Below, piece after piece: positions 1 through 13,900 of a DNA stretch of 64,000 nt. The notes under the pieces are model-generated. The model saw nothing but the letters and a program-made list of their open reading frames with translations, was not told the origin of the DNA and did not search any database. The DNA is from Fimbriosthenelais zetlandica (Eukaryota), in the NCBI GenBank assembly GCA_977030845.1, contig OZ365118.1, positions 21,514,001 through 21,578,000 of the forward strand, in the 5' to 3' direction. Position 1 is the first letter of the stretch; each line of letters starts with the position of its first letter. The translations under genes were made by a program, and so were the position numbers.

Positions 1-51
1 GTCAGTTCACGAGCAGTAAGATGCATGTGTAAAATTACTCATCATCAGCTT
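1..51 (-). ncRNA. Box C/D snoRNA candidate, family D, copy truncated by window edge
   Basis: Near-identical to 398-448; C box ATGATGA at 45-39 on the minus strand. Confidence 0.55.
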
Positions 52-202
52 ACATACACACTATAAGCACACCCGCTAAACTAGGCAAAGCTCCGTTACA
101 ATAAGTTTTTTGGATGGAAATAAATAGAAATATACAAAGGTATATATGTATGTAGAGTACTTGTCTATATTAATATTAAGTTTACTTTTCACCAATAAAT
201 GT

Positions 203-275
203 GAGCAAACTTCAGCCCTATCATTGTGATTCATCGCAGCGCATCCAAAGGCATTTTATCATCATTAGTCTGCTC
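203..275 (-). ncRNA. Box C/D snoRNA (family E) with 28S guide CACAATGATAGG
   Basis: 9-bp terminal stem GAGCAGACT/AGTTTGCTC, C box ATGATGA (265-259), D box CTGA (215-212). The 12-nt element before D is complementary to conserved LSU rRNA CCUAUCAUUGUG. Confidence 0.8.
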
Positions 276-377
276 AAAATGATCTACATCTCAGCCGAAT
301 ATCATGTGAGAAAGTTAAATATAACAAAGTGAAGGGAGGTGGGTGAAGTGAGTCTGATAACAGTATAAATGGTGTAT

Positions 378-448
378 AAGCTTCAGTGTCAAGGTTTGTC
401 AGTTCACGAGCAGTAAGATGCATGTGTAAAATTACTCATCATTAGCTT
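378..448 (-). ncRNA. Box C/D snoRNA candidate, family D
   Basis: Stem AAGCT/AGCTT, C box ATGATGA (442-436), internal CTGA (402-399), terminal D box CTGA (386-383). Duplicated at the window start. Confidence 0.65.
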
Positions 449-632
449 ACATACACACTATAATACAACAGCTACACTAGCACAAGGCTACACTCTTATA
501 TTCACAAACTTCATAAAACGGGGAAAAATTGATAAAAATTACTAAGAGTAATCCTGGTAAACACTTAATGAACCCTTAACATAATATACAGAAGAAATAT
601 TTAATAAAATTAAGATTTTTTAACGCATTTTA

Positions 633-717
633 CCCGAGCCTCAGACTGACGTGACATTAGAATCATGAAAATACATGAAGTACTTTCATAATGCGTAATT
701 TTCCTCATAAGCAGGGG
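633..717 (-). ncRNA. Box C/D snoRNA, snR72-like (family C, copy 1)
   Basis: C-like box ATGAGGA. The 3' end CACGTCAGT-CTGA matches the 3' end of yeast snR72 as I recall it, and CACGTCAG is complementary to LSU CUGACGUG. Confidence 0.6.
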
Positions 718-902
718 CATAGACGCAATGGGTGGGTGCTTTAAATAGCTCAAAATCTCCACACAGGGGATGCAGGGCTAAGACAAAACTAAGAGACTCA
801 GAAGATGGCATGAGCCACAAAAAAGTTACACTGGCTTAATTCTATCTAATTCTACCAATTTAAAGATACTCTAAATTCTGAATGATCAGACAGTTAAGTT
901 AA

Positions 903-966
903 ATGCCTCAGGCCTATCGATCGGATTCATTGAATAACTCCAGTACATATATTTGATCATAGGCAT
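903..966 (-). ncRNA. Box C/D snoRNA family B, copy 1 (C box degenerate: ATGATCA)
   Basis: Stem ATGCC/GGCAT, D box CTGA, guide GATCGATAGGC. Carries a 3-nt deletion at the C box relative to 1284-1350. Confidence 0.5.
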
Positions 967-1030
967 TAAGAAAAAGCATTTTCAAGTTTTATATTCTCAA
1001 AGAGCAGACCTGAGACATTCATGTATTTTA

Positions 1031-1115
1031 CCCGAGCCTCAGACTGACGTGACATTAGAATCATGAAAATACATGAAGTACTTTCATAATGCGTAATCTT
1101 CCTCATAAGCTGGGG
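1031..1115 (-). ncRNA. Box C/D snoRNA, snR72-like (family C, copy 2)
   Basis: Near-identical to 633-717; part of a ~330-400 bp tandem duplication that also carries family B. Confidence 0.6.
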
Positions 1116-1283
1116 CATAGACGCAATGGCTGGATACTTAAAATAGCTCAAAATCTCAAGGGTAACACACAAAACCAACATTCAGAAGATAACATGACAA
1201 AAGACCAAAGTTACACCGGCTTAATTCTATCTAATTCTAACAATTTAAAGATTCTCTAAATTATGAAAGAGCAGTTAAGGTAA

Positions 1284-1350
1284 ATGCCTCAGGCCTATCG
1301 ATCGGATTCATTGAATAACTCCAGTACATATATTTGATCATCACAGGCAT
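1284..1350 (-). ncRNA. Box C/D snoRNA family B, copy 2, with 28S guide GATCGATAGGC
   Basis: ATGCCT-GTGATGA...GATCGATAGGC-CTGA-GGCAT: terminal stem, perfect C and D boxes, and an 11-nt complement to LSU GCCUAUCGAUC (fungal/invertebrate-type sequence as recalled). Confidence 0.75.
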
Positions 1351-1492
1351 AAAGAAACTGCACTAGTTCTTGTACAAGTATCTAGTTTACATGTAGGCAA
1401 GTTTATGTTTATGTAGGAAAGTGACATTTTACACCCTATCGTAATGGGAAAATACTTAATATTTTAAAATTATTTTAAAGAGAAATTTAAGT

Positions 1493-1566
1493 GAGTCTCA
1501 TAGATCTTGGTGATAGGTAGTCATCAGACATTAAGTCGGAAGTAGCAAGGTTTTCATCATCGACTC
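1493..1566 (-). ncRNA. SNORD24: U24/snR24-like box C/D snoRNA, copy 1
   Basis: C box ATGATGA; TTGCTACTT-CCGA (D'); C' CTGATGA; TATCACCAAGATCT-ATGA (D); stem GAGTC/GACTC. Both guides match the recalled U24/snR24 elements complementary to 28S AGAUCUUGGUGGUAGUAGCAA. Confidence 0.85.
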
Positions 1567-1675
1567 GTGGGGGAATATCGAACAAATTTAGGTAAAGAAG
1601 AAAGCCACAAATCTCTAATGAAAAATTAAAGGAGATATTCGTTTTCTACATGGGTTCTAGTATTTTAATTCTGTT

Positions 1676-1761
1676 CTAAATTTGTCTCATAGATCTTGGT
1701 GATAGGTAGTCATCAGACATTAAGTCGGAAGTAGCAAGGTTTTCATCATCGACAAATTTAG
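1676..1761 (-). ncRNA. SNORD24: U24/snR24-like box C/D snoRNA, copy 2
   Basis: Same core as copy 1, with an 11-bp terminal stem CTAAATTTGTC/GACAAATTTAG. Confidence 0.85.
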
Positions 1762-1921
1762 AGCTTTCTCTTTTGTGTCAAAAAAGCCCTTTTTATTTTT
1801 AAAACTATCCTAAGATTTTACAATATTAACCAATCTGACAAAAACAATTACAAAACTTAAGTTGTCCCTGGTGTATCTCTTGAAACTATTTTCATGAGAG
1901 GCTACAAGCTATAGACCATCA

Positions 1922-4633
<2,712 letters not shown>

Positions 4634-4648
4634 GTTTACGGCTTGGGT

Positions 4649-4667
4649 AAAAGAGGAACCGGAAGTG
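4649..4667 (-). promoter_or_regulatory. RPS3 5'TOP/TCT-type start (TTCCTCTTTT) with adjacent ETS motif CCGGAAGTG; shared bidirectional promoter with CTSO
   Basis: Minus strand reads CACTTCCGG-TTCCTCTTTT about 15 nt upstream of the RPS3 ATG. A pyrimidine-tract start is typical of ribosomal protein genes. Confidence 0.7.
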
Positions 4668-4697
4668 AGCGAGCGGTGGATTGTGGGTAGAGGAAGC

Positions 4698-7057
4698 ATG
4701 CAGACCAAAACATACCAGTGCTTACTTGTCATCTCAGTTTTTTCATGTTTTTACGGTTTTAAAACACCGTCAACCCATGAAACTGCATCAGGATGGAGAA
4801 ATGGCCATTTTGCACCCACGGAGAGGTCATCTGTTCTCCTGAGTGAGAGATTTAAAGTGTTTCATGAACATTTTAAGAGGCCATACCGCAATGGAAGTAG
4901 GGAGTACCAACGGAGATACGAGGCCTTTCAGGTGGGTGTGTCTGTCAATGAGAAGTGTTCTATAAGTTAATTAAACCGGGATCGCTAAACTATTCTAGTC
5001 CTGATGTTTAATAACATTCAAAGGAAAGGTTTAACGCCCCTAAAGTCTGCTAGTGGACCTTGATAAGTTCCCTGCATGATGCTTAGTGGGCCTACTATCT
5101 TATTCCTTTGTTAGAAATGATGCAATTTCATTGATTGATTTTGTTGAATTAATTTCTTGTTTTACAGGTAAATCTCAAGCGCAGTGATGTGTTAAATAAA
5201 CTACGCAGACATATTTCCAGTGCACAATATGGCATCACCAAATTCTCTGATATGACACATGAAGAGTTCAAAGGTTTGTATTGAAAATATTTAGGGCCTA
5301 TATAGTAAGCCTATCTTGAAAACTTGGCCTAAATTTTGTCATGACTCATAAAACAGGCAGTGACACAAACTTGGTGATCACAAGGTGTACACTTGGATAT
5401 CACTTCCATATCACAACCATTCTGATAATAAATATTTTCTTTCAGCAAAATACCTATCAGGATTGTCTGGGAGGAATGGGACTCATCTGCTCAAACAAAT
5501 GAAAGACTCCAGTCACAATGGACCAAACCTGCTGGCTGCTCATAAACTGTTCACCAACAGTGCCTTAAAGAAAATGTCACAGTCCAAAAGCATTCCGTCA
5601 AGTATGGATTGGTGAGTGAAATGTCTGATATCATACATGGGAGTATAGATAATCTATGCCGGATTAATCTCAAATAATTTGAGTTAAAGATTTTCTCTAA
5701 ATTTTACAGGAGAAACTATGGTAAGGTGACCGATATCAGGGATCAGAAATCATGTGGAGCATGCTGGTAAGTCCCTCCACCTTCTTCTAAATGATTATAT
5801 TCCCCCCAAAAATATTTATTTCATTATCAGTCCGGATAATTATTCTGCCTAAATTTGCTGTAGTTTCTTGATTCTTCATTTCTGTCTTTAAAATATTATA
5901 AGTTGAAAAGAACATTGTTCCTTGTCAGGGCATTTAGTGTGGTAGAAGCCATAGAGTCGATGGCAGCCATTACATCTGGTAAGCTGGTACCACTGAGTGT
6001 ACAGGAGGTGATAGACTGCTCTAACACGTACGATCACTCCTTGTGGGGGTGTAAAGGTGGAGACACGGGCAGAGCACTGGACTGGCTCAAACAGGTGCTA
6101 TATCTAACCTACCAACACTCAATTAAAGTACTCAAGTACTCAATTAAAAGAAACATTTCAATTTTCTTTTCCTGCAATTTGCCTGTGTTCAGGCTACTGC
6201 TCAGACAGTTTTTGTTAAATTTTAAGGGCCTTATCACCATGGTCTTGAGATATAAGTAATTTTAACATTTTTCTAATTAACAGACAAAGACACGGCTGGT
6301 TCCCTCATCAGACTACCCCCTGACAGACAAATCTCAGAACTGTAACCTGGACGATCCTACAGCCCACGGGGTGGCTGTTACCAGCTACAACAGCTCCAAG
6401 TATGCATCGATTTTAAAAATAACATTCTTTAGATTTAATTGTAAAACCCCTAGTTTAATAAGAGTGTAACTTGATGTTTCAGTCTAGTCGCCCATGAGGA
6501 CCTGATTCAGCAGTACGTCAGTAAAGTGGGACCTGTGTCAGTGTCAGTGGACGCCACCTCGTGGCATAACTATCTGGGTGGTATTATACAGTACCACTGT
6601 GGTGAGAACCCTAACAACCACGCCGTCCTCATAGTGGGCTACGATAAAACTGGTAAATAAATTATATAATATACAGCTTAATATGATCCACACAGATCCA
6701 AACATTCATATAGCACAGAGCCACATCGATTACAAGACATTGATTTCATCCCACAATTACCTGATTTTTAATTTTCTTTTTTTTGTAGGAGATATTCCTT
6801 ACTATATTGTGAAGAATTCGTGGGGGAATGATTTTGGTGATGACGGGTACATGTACATTGCCATGGGTGGCAATGTCTGTGGTGAGCAAACACACTATTC
6901 TCAGTTATACCTATGTTGTAAATCAATGTACATAAAAGGAGTTAATTTTGGGACGATTAATGAAAGAAATCTCGAGTGAAATATTTGAATAATTGATATG
7001 TAAATGACTGTTGTAGGTATAGCTGACGAGGTGTCTACCGTGGCTGTGGATGTGTGA
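4698..7057 (+). CDS. CTSO: Cathepsin O-like papain-family cysteine protease, ~382 aa
   Basis: Exons 4698-4931, 5168-5273, 5446-5611, 5710-5766, 5929-6094, 6284-6399, 6483-6652, 6789-6881, 7017-7057 (1149 nt, in frame). Signal-like N-terminus, ERFNIN-like propeptide and GITKFSD; catalytic QKSCGACW, NNHAV and KNSWG; the motif SWHNYLGGIIQYHC is typical of cathepsin O. Confidence 0.9.
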
Positions 7058-7424
7058 TCATGACTAATACTGATGATACCAACAATGCCTTTAACATTCC
7101 ATGGCTGCTGATCAAGCCTCATCCTATGAATAGAAACCTATTTCAACATTGAAGAAAAGTTGAAATATTTCAGCTCAAGGACTTAATTTCCTTCCACCCA
7201 TTGTGGCCTAATTGCCTGTGAAGTGTTGCAATCATCTGTGATTTGGTTCAGTAGTCATGAGCTGGTCTCTAGACTTACCAACCACATTATTATAGCTATA
7301 TAATATAATTACTTTTCTATCCTGAGATATACATGTACACACATTTATATCAGATCTAAAACCATGATAAGACTAATCAAGGAATACAGCTGTTCATAAC
7401 CTGCAATTTTGTACTTTTGATAGA

Positions 7425-7430
7425 AATAAA
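7425..7430 (+). terminator. Putative CTSO polyadenylation signal AATAAA
   Basis: First canonical AATAAA after the CTSO stop at 7057. Confidence 0.5.
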
Positions 7431-7498
7431 TGCATTTTCTATGAACTTGGAGTCTCCTCTTTCTGAATTTACCACAATAACGTTTTCTAACCTGTAAC

Positions 7499-7504
7499 TT
7501 TATT
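7499..7504 (-). terminator. Putative BRCA2 polyadenylation signal AATAAA (minus strand)
   Basis: TTTATT on the + strand, ~420 nt past the BRCA2 stop. Confidence 0.4.
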
Positions 7505-7926
7505 AGATTTTAACGGATGTCTAACATGGAAGAGGCGCTGAAGCCAGCCAGCTAGCCATAACATAAACAGTAACATGTACTTACATGCCGGCGGATATTG
7601 ATCAATTCACACGGAATGACAGATCCAACACTTGAAAGTATATCTAAAATAAAAATGACTTGTTCCTCTCCATGAAATTAAAGATGAGGGTCCCTAAGTA
7701 CTATAATAACAGAATGGTACCCCAGTAAATAATAAATTTGCGTAGAGTTTAAAAAAATAAACTTGTCTTCTTAGAAAATCGTTCAATATTTCCTAGATAT
7801 TATGCAGATTAATGGAATTCTCTTTCTCAAGTAATCATTCAAATCAAAGCTCAGATTGTCCATGTCTCCTGAGTAAATAAAACAGAATGAAACCTCTATC
7901 ACAATCTCTCGTACTTTGGGATTATA

Positions 7927-10900
7927 CTATGTCTTAGCGATCCTTGTGGATCTCTTTCTTTGCGGCTTGTCCTCCCCATCACTATCACTCAGTCGTCTCT
8001 TTTCACTCTGTTCACTCTGAGTATTATCAGTCAATGTTTTGAGATCATTATTCTCAGTTTCAGGATCGGCCTGTGAGGTACCATTACAAGTTTCTGTCTT
8101 TGAACATTTAAGATTATCCAGTGAAATATTAACAGAAGCTCCTTGTAAAGCATCACTGGTATTAGAGCTCTGGTCACAGCTCCCCTCACTCTTGTCCTCA
8201 GTTCTTGTATCTGAATCCTCGTTCTGCACCAAGTCCTGATCACAGAAGTTGAGTTTGCGTGTGAGTTTATCTGGTTTAGATGCCGGTTTTGGTGTGGAGA
8301 GTGTACTGTATTTCCTACCTCTACTCGTGCTAGCCTTCACCAAGTCTGGACTAGCTGAGCGGGCCATGGTGGGTAACTTAAAGGCCTTCCTCACTTTAGC
8401 GGGTATAGAGGAGTAGAGAGGAGTGACGGGCGTGTGATCTGACATCTGTGACACCTTGTAGGCTTTAAGTCGCTGTAGAGATCGCTTCCTGGCTAGTACG
8501 GGATCATCATCATCTCCATCATGGCCGGGTGTGAGGGGTGTGTGGGGGGTGGTAGGTACGTCAGTAGAGGTGAGGCTATGAGCTGATGGCGTGGCTAGTT
8601 CACCTCTAGTTGAGCTGCTCATGGAGGTCCGTGGAGTGACTCTCGTCTTGGTCTGTGATCGTGGGTACACCACAGATCTGGTGCTAACAATGACAGGTTT
8701 TGACATGGTGCGGGGAGTCTCCTGAAGCCTGGACACCATGCTAACCCGGGGTACCGACTGAAAAATAAATACAATATCTTAATGCAATGAATTCCTTTCA
8801 CATTTCAAGATTTATTCATTTACTCAAGTTGAAAACTGATGTTTTAAATGGAGATTTGTATCAGATATGTGTTATATTCGATATTCAGATTTTACAAGTT
8901 TATATTTCAAAGGAACAGTGAGTTCGATGGTAATAATTATAACAGAAAGCTATGACAGAAGATGACAATATACCTGCGGTGTGTGGAGGTTGTGGCTGGC
9001 GTTGTTCATCACTGAATGAAGTCGCTCTTTCATCTCTACCACAAATGATCGAGTGTTCTGAAAGAAAATTAAATAAATTCAGATTTAAAATCAGATAAAT
9101 CACCTATTTTTTAGCATTGTTGATGTAGATGATATGTCGTTAAATAGATGATGTGAACTCACCTTAACTTTGTTCTTTAACTGGTCTAGAGCTGTTCTGA
9201 TGTGAGCATCTTTAGGGTTGGTTGTGATGTGTGTGGTTTCTGTAATGGTCAGTGTGGGTATACGGCTCCGGCCAGCCATCTCTGACCGCCAGGACAAGCT
9301 GGACATGCTGACCACTGAACACTCCTTCAGTACCTCCTCTACTCCGTACATCTAGACACAAATATTTAACTTTAAAATTATAGAAAACTAAAAGAGAAAA
9401 TCAGTTAAACAGCATATATCTCAGAGATATTCAAATCAAGATATCAGGCTACCCAGGTTTGTGAATGTAGGTCTTACAAATTTAAAGAAATAGATGAGAA
9501 ATAATTCGCAAGAAAACTTCCAACTTACGGAGGTTCCACCCCAGGCCTTGACCGCCATCAATTCACCATTAACATCAGCTATGTACACTGTCTGCACTTG
9601 TCCCTCGTCTCCACTGTTAAAACAAAAACATTACTTCTTAAATTCCTCATCTCGGCAGAAATGTGAATCACTTATTTAGAGTATAAAATAGGAAATCGAT
9701 TCATACCTGGCTCTGTCATAGGTGGAGACTGGAGAGGCGAGCACGACTATTCCTACACAGTCCACCTCCCCATACACCGCCTGAAAACCTGCACCCACCT
9801 CCCTGTAGTCTGTCACCTGATAATAATAATAACAGATATAATTAACATCATACTTATTATTAAATTATACATGTATACATTGTTAGATCACAAAATATCC
9901 CTACATTTAGGGTGGAGGTAATGGTGCTAAGTTCCAGTCATTTGGCTTTTTTTGGCTTGGAGTTGTTGAAAACCTATGTACATAGAATAACCCCAGAATA
10001 AAATGAAACAAAAAAAAAAAAAATAATGAACATGACACAGATTAATGAAGCTAAGAGATACATGTTAAAGATTAAGCAGGTAGGTGACTAAGGTACATAC
10101 TTACCTCTCTAGGTTCATAGATCAGATCTAGGAGGTTATCATCTATAGGGACATTCTTATAGCGCGTCATCCGCTGACCTGATAACGCCGCTACCGTGTT
10201 TCCTTTCATTCGTCCCCTGAAAATAACAAATTGTTTTCATTAGCAAATAAGTCTTCATTCAACACCTGTCCGTTTGCAAAATCTTACGGAGATCTATCGT
10301 TTCTGAACTATGATAAGTGAAATAGAAGTTTACAATATCATTTAAGGACGGTATATATATTATAGAAAAGCCTATTTCTGTCTCTCTACGTACTTGGACT
10401 CTCCGGCAGAGAGATGGTAGATTAGGAATCGTTTGCCTTCACTCAGCATCTCCCTGATGTCATCAGAAGGTCGCCATATAGTCAGCACTGTGTCTAAAAT
10501 ATTAAAAAATACATTTCCATGGAAATGCTAAATCAGATACATTCCTTCATATTCGGTCAATATATCGAAAGCTAAAAGCTTTTTAATTCTAACTAAAATG
10601 AAATTTGTATATAAACTTACTTGATTTGGAATCTATATCCCTGTTGGAACAGCCGGCGACTCGCACTTTCAGTAAAGCAGTTACATTTCTTTTCGGGTTC
10701 TAACCAAAAAATATATATCAATATTAAAGATTATCTATTCCCTGCAAGGCATATCAAGTTGGGTGCTACAATTAATTACTTTTAAAGCCCTTAAATGTCA
10801 ATAAATTTGGAAGAGAATCCAGAACAAACCTTTTCTTCGAATTGCTCGAGGTGTGTAGTGAATGCAGACTGCATTTCAGTGTGGAGCAGCTCCTGTAGGC

Positions 10901-13900
10901 TGCGCTGATGGTCTGTGAGCAGCTCCATCTGGTGAGATGTGAGGAGTGACTCTACACTACCCTGGTCAGTGGCGGCCTCTAGTGCTTCATATATCTCCTC
11001 CCCTGTACTCCACTCACTCACCTCCTGTCTACTGTACTTCCTACCTCCCCGCCGACTCCTCAACGATCGACCACCTACAGCAAATAAAGCAAACATTTAT
11101 ATATAAACTTTATCAAAATTTATCAAAAATATATTAATGTTAGTCTATGTTAACAATACATCATACTGAAAACAAATAATAATGTATTATATATACTAAT
11201 TAATACATAAAGGAAAATAAATCTTTAAAGAAATAAAGGAATAAATAATGTATACTGACCTGTGCCGCACGCTCTCTTCTCAAACTCGGTCTGCACCTTG
11301 CTGTAGATGGTCTCTAACTGTCTCTGACGCGCGCTCTCAAACCTACCACTCACTCTCTCCTCAGCGCGCTCACTGCGGAACACTGTCCCTCCATCTGGTG
11401 TCCTCTCCATGTACTACAGACAGACAGATAGTTACATGTAGATAGATAGAGATAGAGACAGAAACGGATAGATAGATCCTAGATAGATAGGCCTACATAT
11501 AGATGGAATGATTGATTCATGTGAATGAAAAGACAGCACCGATAGATAAAGAATTAGGCCAATATTTATAATGGAATGAATGAATGAATGAATGAATGAA
11601 GTAATGAATGAATGAAGTAATGAATGAAGTAATGAATGAAGTAATGAATGAAGTAATGAATGAATGAATGAATGAATGAATGAAGTAATGAATGCATGAA
11701 TGAATGAAGTAATGAATGAATGAAGTAATGAAGTAATGACTGACCTGTAGCGGGTAGATCCGTGTAACGACCACGTCCACACAGCTGACCGTACCACCGT
11801 CAGAGTAGAGGGATGAGAGAGGTAGAGGAGGAGGCTGGGGGTGGGTGTGGTAACCTAACCTGGTGAACCATGAGGCGCGACGACAACAGTTACCACTCAC
11901 CTTTAACATGGTGTCNNNNNNNNNNNNNNNNNNNNNNNNNNNNNNNNNNNNNNNNNNNNNNNNNNNNNNNNNNNNNNNNNNNNNNNNNNNNNNNNNNNNN
12001 NNNNNNNNNNNNNNNNNNNNNNNNNNNNNNNNNNNNNNNNNNNNNNNNNNNNNNNNNNNNNNNNNNNATAATATAAGGTAGCTGTACATGTACCTGAACT
12101 GATTAACTGATTAACTGTCTACCTGTTAATGAACCATTACCTGTAGAGGAGGTGCAGCGTCCTGGGATCCGGTCAGCTCAGCGCTGTAAACCATGACTTT
12201 ATCACCGACTCTCAGCCGGCCTTGACTGACCAGGCGGGTCAGAGCGGGGTCCAGTACGGCCTTAATGGGGTACCAGCCGTCCGTTAACTCTACTACTGCC
12301 TGTAATGTCAAATATTAAATACCAATAATCATAACTATGTTAAAGTCAGGGCAATTAGTCATTTAGTATATTTATTCTCAAGCTGAAATTTAGAAATGAA
12401 ACAATGAGAAATAGAGTAGATACATACAGCAAGATGGATGGGGTTTTGACCATCTCCAGCACCTGAGTTGTCTTTGGGTGTTTGTGGGACTCTGATAGCT
12501 GAGTTGTCTTTGGGTGTTTGTGGGACTCTGATAGCTGAGTTGTCTTTGGGTGTTTGTGGGACTCTGATAGCTGAGTTGTCTTTGGGTGTTTGTGGGACTC
12601 TGATAGCTGAGTTGTCTTTGTTTGTTTGTGGGACTCTGATAGCTGAGTTGTCTTTGGGTGTTTGTGGGACTCTGATGGAGTTAGTGTGAGGGAGACTGAC
12701 TACAGCAGACACACACAGAACCAGTACTTTAGCTGGCGTGTCATCCCGCTCAAAAATCTTCTTGATTGCGCTCCTTATAAAAAAAAAAAAGAAAAGCAGT
12801 TCATCAGTTACATTTATAAGACTTTGACTTATCGAACTCACATTTCCTGACATTTTAGTATTTTTTTTACTATGTATGTCCTTGTACATGAGGGAATGTG
12901 CCACTGTCTAAACTAAATAGTAACTTAAACCATATGTTGAATAAATTAATCTTTCTTTGGAGACCACCACTTCTTGGTCAATCAGAAGCAAAATCCATCA
13001 TTCAACTACAATCAGAAACCGATAAGAGCTGTAAAATAAAAGATCAAAGCAGGCGACATAAATCAATATGACATGGCATATTTGTGTAGCAATATCGAGC
13101 CACTCCAATTAAAATGACGCGGGGAAGTAGAGACATAATAAAGTATGCGTTATGACTGAGAGAGCTCTGAATGATAAGGTAAGAAGGGAGTGATAGAGGC
13201 AGGGCCAGTGAGAGGGAGAGAGACCTCAGATAGAGACCAGGATCAGTGAGAGGTGGAGTGAGTGGAGATTATTGTCATGACCACAGTCCATGTTGATCAC
13301 AGTAAGTGTTTGTTAGTAACTCAGTCTGGCAGTTTGTCCTGTCACAAGTCTGGGTCTCCTAACAGTGGGAGGTCTGAGATAATGAGAGAACTGTAAAGAA
13401 AACTACATTAGTGGATTGATTAGTACTCTAAGGCAACTATCACTAGATCAACTCAAACACCATAACTAGCAGGTAAGATTTTTACCATCCAGTTCTTTTA
13501 AAAAAACTTTTTTTAAGAATCAGAACTAAGGCAATAACTTGTACTTAAATATTAAGTTTCGTTAAGCTTTATCCAATGAATCTTTTTTTTAGAAACAAAA
13601 TTACCTCTATGTATCTTAATATCTATATTTTGTTAATTACAACCAAGGCAACAAGGTACCTACATCTCAATATGTTTCATAACATCAATTAGAGAGATGG
13701 TTAATAGGACGGTTACATCATAGTAAATCTGATTGATTAGAGCCCCGATAATTCCTTCTAAATATACTAGATCTAGTAATCAGATTCAGAACAATAGTTT
13801 CTATATTCAGTTCCTGACTTGGCACACCAAGTAGGAGCATGGAGGACGAGGTAGGGGAGTGAAAGGGAATGGAGGGTAGGAAGGGTTGGAGGTAGAGGGG

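Noticed and set aside
901-1292. GAGGCATTT (U15 guide-like) at 901-909 and 1282-1290, since RPS3 hosts U15 in vertebrates
   Set aside because: It is the terminal stem and flank of family B, lying downstream of its D box, with no U15-like C box or second guide.
11894-11903. Perfect donor-like AAG/GTGAGT inside a BRCA2 exon next to the gap
   Set aside because: The sequence encodes KVSGN, aligning with human KISAN, and the frame continues through the conserved [11 protein letters not shown].
11432-12089. ORFs 11432-11797, 11517-12089, 11863-12081 and 11870-12076
   Set aside because: Artefacts of the TGAA microsatellite and the N gap; only 11915-11745 is a true exon.
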